A stretch of 64,000 nt of DNA, taken from Tubulanus polymorphus. Lineage: Eukaryota > Animalia > Nemertea. How positions within the stretch are numbered: position 1 is the stretch's first letter; each line of letters begins with the position of its first letter. The position numbers were made by a program, and so were the translations under genes. Shown here piece after piece: positions 12,701 through 24,700 of the stretch. Location: the NCBI RefSeq assembly GCF_964204645.1, contig NC_134034.1:11296962-11360961 (forward strand), in the 5' to 3' direction. Under the pieces are notes generated by a model that was not told the origin of the DNA, searched no databases, and saw nothing but the letters and a program-made list of their open reading frames with translations.

Positions 12701-15700
12701 AGCAGGACTCGAACCCACTGATCTAGCGAATGCACCAGCATCACGCCTTATCCCACTGTCTTGAGGAGACCGCACTGACCAGACATTAGGAATCCGACAG
12801 AGATCCTTCATGTTGTAGTAATGATTCGTTTCGTTCAGAATAACGCTGCCGATCATAATCGTCGGATGATTGGCAGCGATTGGGAGAAGGGGTTACCGTC
12901 TGCGTTGAGCGCCGCGTAAACGTTACCGACGTGTACGGTATGACGTTTGACGTATGCGACGTTAATCCGGCGTATTACGCCGCTGACGTTTCGATTTAGT
13001 TCGTAAGACGTCGTCGCGCGATTATAATGAGATATTAACATCGCGATAACGGCCGACTTCACGGTGACCTCGCGATCAAATCTCGTCAGCCGATTACTGA
13101 CAGATTTCACTGCGCAGGAACAAACCGTGAGCGCGTTCGCTACGACCGCCAGTGGTCCATCCTCGCTTGCCAGAGTTCGCTTACCTCCTGCCGAAGATCC
13201 TACCTGTCTGTAGACTTTCGTTGGCCTTACACTGACCAAGATTTCTAGGGCCCGCCAGATGCGTTGTTTTGCCAGGGCGAATCTACCGTACGCATCCGAT
13301 CGGCTAAGAACATAGACTGGTGACCGCTCTGGTCGCTGAACGGCAACCTGTCCGCCTAAAAATCGTGGGCGATGTAACAGGCCAGTGAAGGATTTGCGGC
13401 CAGGGTCTGTGTTGGCGTGGGCTTCGGCGGAAGGCAGTCAAACCCCGACAAGCGAGGATACCAACAGCTCGGAGAATAGCAGCTTCTAGAAAATGACATC
13501 CGATGACACAATATTTACCCGTTGGTATCAGCATGACAGTCATAATGATAATGATAATAATCATATCAATGATAATGATTATGATAATAAACATAGATTA
13601 TTTTTAAATATGGCGCTATTTTCAAAAATATATAAAGACTCAGTAAGTCTAGTGATGTAAGGAGGTTCTGATTTAAAGCAATTTTAACTACTTAAAAATG
13701 CCATGTTTTATGGTTACAAGTTTTTAACTTCTGGTATCCATCGACTCACATTACATAACCATATTATTATCTGTAATTTTCTAACGTAATTTAATTCGTA
13801 AATAAAGAATAATAGTAATGAATAATAAAAAAAGAATACAGTTCGAGACGGGAGACACTAGAGACCGATTTAAAGTTTATCTAAATCTTAACGTTTGTCT
13901 GAATACGGGATTTAGACTAATCCGGAACTGTCAGATAAATTCACCCAGTCCTGGAAGTGACTGCGCAGTTCGTGATGGCGGCGCGTGTACTGATGGCAGA
14001 GCTAGCGTTCAAAAAGGTCGTGATGGCGTTCAGTATACAATCCGTATTTTTGAACGCGTTTGGTAACCCGGATCCAGTTCCACAGTTCTGAGTTAAGATT
14101 TGATTTGGTGTTAACTCATTGTAAATGAATATATTTCAACTCAAGATTTAACTCTTACTCACAACTGAGCCGTTGTTATCACAACACTGTGGAACTGAGC
14201 TGTTGTTATTTTAAAAGAAATCCCAACAACCCAGTTAACTAAATTCATCAAAATAGGCTTAGATATATGTGTTATGTTCATAACTGTGTTATATTTTCAG
14301 AAATATTCATATCTTCTGTTGTTTTGTAGATATTGTATATTTCATAGTCTTCCTCCGGTTACCGTGGAAATGGTTTATGGGGTTTACTAATTCCTAATTC
14401 AAAATTCAAATAATTACTAATTCCTAATTCAATGGCACTGAATGGCTGGTAAACAGGTTCATTATCAGCGAATTAAATGATTAACCTTTGAAATATCATA
14501 TCGAATTGCAATTGTAAGATCGTTGATTATGTCATGCACTGAAAAGAGATTGCGGATCAGATTTTATCCGTCATTCATTTCCTCATTCGATCATTTCCTT
14601 CCAAACTCTTTACAACGTCGATGTAATTCGAGGCGGTAACTGTCTGCGGTTAGCGCAGTCGTCACATCTCATTCAACAGCAGTTGAGTCTCGAACCCTGA
14701 GGCGGCCATCGAATTGATAACTCTTCTACGTAACCGCCGGGATTTATTGTCGATTCTTGAATTCAAACTCTCGAGATTGCGTCATCGTCGTCGCGTCGCC
14801 GTTTGTAAAAAAATCCGATTTTAAATTTCACGAGTCAAATTACTGTCGCCAGCATAAACAACTCGAAATTCAAATATCGAAACCAACCTGAAACTCGAAC
14901 GCTTTATTGACATGAACTCTCGCCGCCTCGGGGGTTTACAGATTGTTTGTCGGGAACTGATAGTTTCGGCGGATTTTCCAGTCTGAGAAATTACATTAGA
15001 AATTCTCAGGGGGAGGGCGGCACCGTTCAACGGTCTCCAGACGCAAAAAGACTTCGTGAAATAAGATAAGTTAATCTGTTTCGCACTCTCCCTCTTTCTC
15101 TATATCTTCTCCTCTCCCTCTCTCATTCTCCTCTCTCTTCTCAATACCTTCCCTCACTCCCCTCTCCCCATCAGCGCCCTCTCCTCTCAGCGCTCTCTCC
15201 TCTCAGCCCTCTCTCCTCTCACCCCTCCCTCTGATACTCTCCTCTCCATCTCATTCCTTTCTTTCCCTCTCCCCACTCTCTCTCTTCTCTCTCCATCCCT
15301 CTCCCTCACTCACCCTCTCCCTACTTCCTGTCACACTCATCTCTCCCCTCTCTCACTCTCACTCTCTCACACTCTCCTCTCTCCCCACTCTCTCCTCTCT
15401 CCCTCTCACTCTCTCTCACACTCTCCTCTCTCCCGACTCCCTCTCTCACTATCTCCTCTCTCCCTTTTCTCTCTATCTCTCCTCACTCTCTCTCACACTC
15501 TCTCACACTCTCCTCTCTCCCTATCTTCCCTCTCTCTCCCCTCTCTCACTCTCTCTCTCCCCAACTCTCTGCCCGTTACAGGCTACTGATAACGCGTTAC
15601 TGCGAGCCTTGTCTATAACTCACTATTCCATACATAGCACATCTATTCTGCAGCACGATCCTCACTCTTATCATCGTCACAATGCAACCATGCGGGAGGA

Positions 15701-18700
15701 AAAACTGCGAAACTGAATCCAGTGCACCAGAATCGATCATCAATTCTGTAGGAACATATAAACATAAAATCCTTCAGGTTGTACATATCGAATCCCCCTC
15801 TAATACTCGCTTCGGACAGCGTTGCCTTTTTCTGAACCCGTCGCCTTTTAGAATTCGTGATCCTCCCCTGTCCCCGATTTCAAACTTGTTTACAATATGT
15901 CACCGGGGCATGGCGTGCATACTCTAAACGATGAAACGTCAAAATTCAGTAGCCGCTGATTGACAACCTCGGTTCATTACCTTCGCGCAAATTTACACTA
16001 ATTGCGTTCATTATGTATTCAATAAGTTCGTTAATGTCGCTGACCCTACACGTGACCTCTATCGTTCCGCAATCGGTACTAGTGTTGTCGGGTTCTAGAA
16101 TCTAGTTATTTTGATTCATCGGATGAAATAAACTCATTTCATACGTCTATATGGTGATGGTTTATAGGCCCAACGCGCACGTCAAGCACTGATCTTGTTA
16201 TGCTAAAACTAACCCTGCATCGTCTATTAAAACCCCACGACGGGACCACGGCCATTAAAGTTTAGCGCGGACCGCTGTAAAGCAACCAGCTGAACTCGAA
16301 TCCGCTTGTGACTCGGCGCTGATCTTGGTTCCCCCACAGTAGCACCCCCCCCATCATGTTTGTTCAGTTATGGAACCTCTCTGCTTGATACAGTACCCAC
16401 TCCCCCACCCTCAGTCTTCGTACCCCTTCCAATATGATTCATGTCGTCCATTTAAACTGATCATTAAGGAGCATTCTAGACCAATTTGTACTACGTGCAT
16501 GGTTCAATTTGACTCTGATTCACTTGCACGGTTGTTAGTTTGATTAGATATACATGCATACACTTGCATGCTACTCCGAACGTCATCAATCTATTTTCTA
16601 TAGTACCAAGTCCCTTTTGGGTTTTTTGATAACACGGACCAACCGAAAATAGAATGATTCGGAATAGAATCCCTATAGGGATGGTACTCTCTAGACTAAC
16701 ATTTTGATACATAGAGGACACAATATACCGTAAGGTGCTGCCGCTATGCTCAACGCTAGCGGAATTTTCGTGCATTAACGGGAACCCATCCTCGCTTGCC
16801 AGGGGTCTGGTATCACTCCCGAACTCGCTTCCACCAGCCCCCTGGCCTCACGAAGCGTGATTTCATTACTGACGCTGTTGCGCATGACGTCATATATCGA
16901 TTTGCGAAATACTTCCTTGTTCAGTAAAACGTTCGCTGATTGGTCCATTTAACTGGAAAACCAATAGAAGCCTAAAGTCGTTTGTTACAAGCGCTGTGAT
17001 TGGTACGACCGGATTCTGGTCGGCTAGTAACGACTCCAACGACTCGTGAGGTCAAGGGGTTCGGTGAACAGCTTTAGCGTAGTGGTTTCGAATCCCTTGA
17101 CGGGTGAAGATGACGGGAACCCGACTCTGGCAGTCGTCGTGCTGCCTCACCTATACCGTAAGGTGCTGCCACTATCATTTTTTATCTTTAAATAGGGATT
17201 GCCCTGTATATCAATCTGAATAGTAGATTTCGTTTTCAGCGAAGCAGCTTGCCCTCGGGGCCCTCCACTATGGCGCTTTGTCATTGTCGGGGACAACTCG
17301 TGAAATCTTGTAAGCTTACAAATCGGTTTACCTGTTGATGTTGCGTGGTCAGTGAAAAATAATTAGCTTTTTCCCATGAAATGAAAGACTATCGAAGACG
17401 TAAAAGGTCATCTCGTAATTCGCGAATATGCATAATGAATAAGTCTAAAACTACTGTTGGTTATCGGTTGCTAGCTCAGTAATTAGACAAAGGGTATTTC
17501 CGCTGGAAACTGAACACCGTGTTGGATTAGTGACTCTCGCCGACTCGTTCTCGACGCGTATAATTAACAATTAATGAAGTCTCGTATCATCTCACGTTAA
17601 TAAACGATATCTGATTACGAATAACCTGCGCGTTAGTTAATTACAAACGGGGATACCTGCTGCGGCATGCGACCACTGCTGGAACTGTGACCTACTGCGG
17701 TGTATGAGGTCGCGGTAATGAGAGTCCCTCTGGGTAATGAAGTCGGTTTTAGGACCATCGCAGTTCTATCGCCTATCTAACAACTTCAGATCAGTCTTCA
17801 GATTCGAAACATTTTTCTGAAACTAGACCTAGTTTTCAGTTTATATGCCATATTTTAGAGTTTTACCATTATCAATGAAAGAAATTAGGTAAAAGTAAAT
17901 ACCCATAAACCGCTAGATATTTTATCAACGGTCAAATTCGATTTCAATTTTTATCGATTTTCAATGATAGGTTTCAATAAGCCTTATTACTTGTGCGGTG
18001 TTCTTCCAAAAAATATTCATCTTCATCGTCATTTTAGATAATCTTAGATAATTCACCGATTCGCGCCTTTTCAACGTCCTAATAATTATAATTTGCAAGC
18101 TAGATAATCAACAATTAACCGGCTAATTAGAATCTCGACGTGATTACTTTTTGAAACAAATTTCGGAAATGTGTAGCATGCTGTGAAGCGGTTATGACTT
18201 GTTTTGGCAGTTATCTGTCTTTGGTTACAAAACAAAAACATGTATTAGTGAAAACTTGCAAATTAATGACAAAAGACAAAATCACCAGGGGGTCGTCTCT
18301 GACAGGGCCCGACTCACGAGAACGCGGCGGAGCTTAAGCCTCAATTAAACTGTTTTTGTGAAACGGGCCCTAGCCTGGCAACAGCAAGGCCGGGCACAGA
18401 TTTTCCGAAAAACGATTATCTAATTACAGCTACTCAGATATTAACACTATCCCTGCATATACATGCACGTAATATGCCTATTATTAATGATATCAACGTA
18501 ATAAATATTAAAGCCCTTTTACCGGCTCCGTTTTGCTTTGTTGCTTCGTGGCCGCGCAGAATAGAATTATTATTATTATTATTAATATTACTATATTGTC
18601 CAACTGACCGTATGACGTTGTGAATAGGCGGTTATGCCAGTGCAGTACTGGGCTGAAAATGTAAGTCCGGAGACTTTCATACAAAACGAACTTTGATATA

Positions 18701-21700
18701 TAGACCGCACAGTTTCGTCGTAGAGGTTTTTCAGTACGTTACCGCGCGCGTCAGAAATTTGTTGTCGTTCGAGAATTTTACATGTTTGAAATTCAAAAGA
18801 TTAACCGTCATTAGAAAATGGTTGGAAAAATGCGCTCGTCGAATTGCGAAATTCGAAATTAATCTAGAGAAAAGGTGACGCTTTTTGGAGAAACGCTTCT
18901 CGCTATAACCCATTACGCGTGGACCTATAGTCAGCCGCCATCTTGGATGGTTGGGAGGAGAGATTTAGAAATTCGTCTGCTATCCAACAACAGGGATTAC
19001 GTCATCATTTCGTGCTGCGTAAATGCGACGGCAATATTGTGTGAATGTTTTTTTCTTTTCAAAAATGAAGAAAAAGATCTGAAAATCAGGTTCCGCGATT
19101 TTACGATGAATAATCTTCACTAAACGTCGGTGTTGAATATTGGCTGTGTATATTTGCTGATTCCGTAGCGCTGTTTGGGACACTGTAAAGATTATTCACA
19201 CCTCCATCCAGCGAACTTTTGTTTGTCTCACGCCGAAACTCGCGGAATTCCAATCGAATATTGTTAATACCTCTGGTGGTAATGTTGATGTCGGTTCGGT
19301 GGTCGCGGTTATAAACGCGTTTTCAATACAACTCGCTGCCAGCGCTAACACATTTCAAACAATTTAACAATTTCGCCTCAATATCGCTAGATCACGGATT
19401 TATCTCGTATTTTTTCTATCTCGAAAATGCCCACGGCCCCGACTGAACACAGTTGCGTGGATACGTTCCCGTCACATTTAGGTAGGTGAACATCTTCTCT
19501 GTTACAACAAGATTCATTCCAGACGATTTCAGATTTTTCTCAGAGTTATCTAGAATTTAGAGATGCCTGCTGTCATGTTTCCCCCTATGACATCATCAAA
19601 ATTCTCGTTCACACGCAAGAACTATGGCTGCCTTCGAAAATTCGCCTATGACATCATTAAATTTGCCTATTCTGATTTGGTCTATAGGCAAGATGGCTGC
19701 CTACGTATCAAGATGGCTGCCTATGATATCACCAAGTAAAACCCTCGCTCAGGAGAAAGATGGCTGTCTTTGTAAATCCACCTATGACATCAGCAAATCA
19801 CCTCTGATCCCGTCTATAGGCAAGATGGCCGCCTTACATTGCACCATCGAATCACGAGCAACATTTTCTCGTGCAACATAACACTCCGGGACGCCTTTTT
19901 ATTCTATAAATTGCCTGCCTTCAGATAGAAAATTCCGGAGTAATCTATCTAGGCCCCCCTTCCCTAAACTCGAAAGGTTCACGTATACAATCGGTTCGTT
20001 ACTAATCACTTCGATGTTAAAGGTTTCTTGACTGAATTCGGTAAAAAGAAAAGTAGGTGGAAATATAGGAGGTACCTGGAGGGAGATAAATAGAAAAAGC
20101 GAAAGTTAATCCGAAGTTTTGAATTCGGATTTTTTTCGGATTCGATTTTCTAGGTTTTTTTATGTGGGTTATTACGTTTTAGCCTTCATATTTACTTGCT
20201 GCGGCCTACACCTCGTATAGCTACCATCGCGTACCTGGGAATGCGCGGTAAGGCTAACCCCTACACTATAAGCCGAAGAGTCTTGGTACTAAAATGTCAA
20301 ACGCGAATCGAATCTGAAAACTGAGAATGTGCACATCACGCGTCGCTTCGGAAAAAAATGGCTGATTTTCTGAGAAACCGTACGGCGAAATGTCACGGAC
20401 AAAAACGACAAAAGAAATTATCTCGTTTTCTGCCAACGCCGTATCAAATTCGTAACTACGAGATTTTTTTCATGTTTTGCTTCAAACGAGTCTCGTCATA
20501 CGTCATACGTCAGTTACTGCGGTAAGCGAGGATCCGATAGGTTCGCTAGTAGTAACTCGGTCTTAAGTCAAAGACTCAATATCATACTGTTTAGGGAGCC
20601 GACCGTTTGATGATTTGTGAATCAAATAATCGGCTAGAAAAACCGACTGTTATTCACGCCACCTAGTGGTGCGTGCCGGAACCGTCATCGTCGAGAGTAT
20701 TCATATATTTTCAATTGATGATGTTGAAGATGGATTCATGGATTTATGGAGGCAGCCATCTTTTCTATAAGCCTTACGCACACAGTTTACACCGGAGTCG
20801 CCCACTGCCGCCGATTATCACATGCCCCACCCAAACAATAGGTTCCCTTCCTGATAGTTACTCCAATTCATCGATATACCGACCCACCTCTGCTCCGGAA
20901 TTCGCTAAGTACCTCGCAGAAAACTTGTTTATCCAGCGAGAGGCTGGTAATAAGCGTACGCAGTTTGTTTTTTCTCCGAGAAACATCCGTAATTATTTAC
21001 AACATGTTCAAGGAGGGAGTACAGGCCAATAATTTGCATCTCTTTCGACTTCGAAGGGAGAATCACAAATCGAATTTTGCGCGGCTATTCTGCGATTTAA
21101 TCGAATTTTTGTCGAAAATGGAAGTGGAAATCGCAGAGATCGCGAGCTGAAACGTCGTTCGGTGAATTGAGAGAAAGTATTAACGGTAATTTAACGGCTT
21201 GTCGATGGCTCTCGTATCGTCTGCCGAGAGGTAACGAGTAGAGTACCGTCGAGTGGAGCGCGGGAATCTCGTCTCGTCTGCGCCGGGCGATGATCGTCGT
21301 CGTCGTCGTCGTCGTCACCGCGCACAGCTCCACCAGATCATCTCCGCGAGATCGCGCGCTCTGAAATATTCACGAATACTCGTTGACACCGATATGGAAA
21401 ATACGAAACGATGTTGTTGATCTTCTACTTCGTAAGCGGAGATAACGATGTGTGAATCTAAGCAGAATATATAATAACATGATTTCAAATGTACATAGTC
21501 AGATAGTCAGTTTAATGCCTGAGTCTCTGTTGTTTAGTTGATATGTCCACGTTCGTATTCATCCGATTATAAAAGCTTACCGATTTCAGGTACCGTAACT
21601 AATTACAGTTTACGGAAGAGAAATTAAATTCATTATCATCGAATTTCTTGTTAAGTCTAGGCTACAGATATCAATAAGATAAAAACCCACTATCTATAGA

Positions 21701-24700
21701 TTAAAAGAATTCAAAAACAAGAACACACCTGACGATGATCTCTAGGGTGAGATCGAAACGTCGTGTCTTCTATATATTTTAGATTGAATAAATAAATTCT
21801 TGTTTTTAAATTCTTTTATTCTGTAGATAGTGGGCTTTCATCTTATTATCCGTTCACCACGTTTGAGTGTGGTTATCGTTCTACTAGGCTTAGAGATTTA
21901 GTCACACACATTCTAAGTATAATATGGTATTTTTGTACCGCAGTGACCGTCTGCGCATGTATAGAACACGTGTATATGATAGAGACTCGGTGGTACCGGA
22001 GAAGGGGGAGGAATCGGTGCGGCTAGAGACGTAAAATCAACGTCAAATTGATCAATTTGACGCGTTACACGTTAGTCAATAATTACACGGTAACCGTCGT
22101 ATCAACGTAACGTAATTAATCAGTTATTACGCGGGTACTAGTTGTAAAAAGATCGATTCGATAGCACAATGCACACTCCTGCGCGGTAAACCCTCTTACC
22201 TTCCTTCTTTCGATGGTGGCTTCTTCGGTACGTGAAGTGCACCGGATTATTAACGATCTATTGTGCGCATCTGATATATCACGGTATCTACTTACGCACG
22301 AACTATCCTCCGAGATCGTCTATATCTCCACCCGGAACAAGCAAGGGAATATTATCTGGACTAATTCTGAATCTGCTAATTGCGTCAATTGTATCTATTG
22401 TTACGAAAAGCGTCGTGGTCATTCTATATGTAAAGCACTTAAAAAAAAAATGAATTATTTTCAATTAAATTATCGTGGTTGATAACATAATAAGTTATTA
22501 CCGTGATAGTTTATTTCTCAAAAATTGTGTAAAACCATCACCGAGATCCGAACTCAATTCGATGGCCTACCAGAACAAATTGCCTCGACAAGCCCTTGCT
22601 TCAATCGAATCAATAGAAAAATGGACCAAAATCGAGGTATTTATTATTGTATCTTTGGACTTAAAAACACAATCGTAGGTTATTTCATGACCTTGCGCGC
22701 ATTACTATAGAATTCTTTTGGTAGCTGAGCAGGGGGGTCACGACCCCTGAAACCTCCCCTCTAGATCCGCGCCTGAATAGCCGGTGTCAATCCGGGCCAG
22801 ATTTTAATCATTCCTAAACGCGTCAATATAATAAACAGCTATTATAAGCATGTTTTTTATTGACCACTAACAGCGGGGGAATTATTTCATATACAGCGTA
22901 GACGATAAAGAACGAATTAGCGCGACGTGCGTTTTATGGTAAAAGCCGCTGAAATATTTATAGTCTCCCCGTCGCAAAACGTGTTCCGTCTCGACGAAGG
23001 GGTATATTCTCGAAAAACATAATCTAATATCGTCTTGTGATTATAGACTGGCACAGACTCGGCGCGGCGCGCGCGTGGACAATTCGTGCTAATTAATTTC
23101 GATCGAGCAGTGCTGGTCACGTTGTCGCGGGGGTTTACTGGCGGGATGGTCACGGAGTGTTTGTCGAAAACCTTCGTTGACGTGCGCGGGATCTTCGAAG
23201 AAGCGGGGTGGGGTCGAACCTCTTGCCAAATCTACCAGATTCTTCCACAGATCTTCGACTCAAAATCTTCTGGATTCCCAATACAGTGTGGGTTTCATTC
23301 TAAATCTTTATCTTAGAATAAAGAAACGACTTTATCTATTTGATTGATTGATTGATTGATTGATCGATTGATCGATTGATTGACTGATTGATTTGAGGTT
23401 TTTGTGCCCCTTATAAACCCACCATCGTTAACAACTGCTGGAACGGAACAGGGGGGGGGGCTTGATCTAATCTTAAAATAGGGATTGACCCTAATTGTTT
23501 AATTGGTAGATTTTGTTAGATTTTTGTTTTGATTTGATGTCCCTTACAGACCACCTAGTACCACCTGCCGAGAGCGGAACAGGGGCTTGATTTTGAAATC
23601 GGAGTTCGGATAATGTTGATTGAAATTTTATCCGAGAGAACGCCGCGTGACACTGGCCCCGGATATTTTCCAAAACACTTTCCCTGGACTAGATCTATAT
23701 AATGATACCCGAGGAAGCCCCCAATTTTTCTTGTCGCTGTGTTAATAGCGTCCGGTCGTGTCTGGTCGAGCAGAGTACAGAGGGGCGCAGACGCGTTAGA
23801 CGAAACATCGAAGCGAAAATGTCACTCAATTTCCGGTAGATTAGTTCTCGTGAGATCATCCGAGCGTTCATTACAGTAAACGGCCATTCGACACATAACA
23901 GGTGCGCGATTCGTCGCCTAAACAGGTGCGCGCGGCTCGGCTGATTCTAAATAATCGGTGCCATCTTGGATTTCGGTCGTCGAATCTCTCGCCAAATCTA
24001 CCAGATTCTTCCACACATCTTTCGACTCAAAATCTTCTCGATACCCCATACAGTGTGGGTTTCATTCTAAATTTTTATCTTAGAATAAAGAATTGTCTTT
24101 ATCTATTTGATTGATTGATTGATTGATTGGTTGGTTGATTGATCGATTGACTGATTGATTGACTTGAGGTTTTTTGTGCCCCTTACAAACCCACCGCCGC
24201 TAAAAATATTGCGATTTAGACAGACCATTCTGTAAATTCAACTGCGCCAATTACGCAACTATATCTGTACTTCGATTTCCGATTTGAAATTCAAACCCCT
24301 GCTACCAATCAAATAGATAACAGGGTCAATCCCTATTTTCAGATTTACAAACAAAACTGAGTTCATTAAATGAATATATATTAGGAACGGATAGAAAAAA
24401 TTGATGCGTTTGGCTTGTCACAATCCGTCGGAATATTGTTGTTTACCAACATCTCGAGAAATCTCGTCATTTACCCTCGAGAATCTCGCGTTGTCTATTC
24501 ATTTAAGCTCAACGGACAATCTTACCGTCACAAATCGAGTCTGATTTCCCAGAAGGCATATCGAGGCTTTTTTGCGGCGTTCAATATACGCGCTACGGAG
24601 ATTACCGAAGATTACCGGAGATTACCGAATACCTCGGCAGACGTTCGTTCATCCGGTTAGAACAACAAGCCATTAACCAATATGAGAAATATTACAATTA

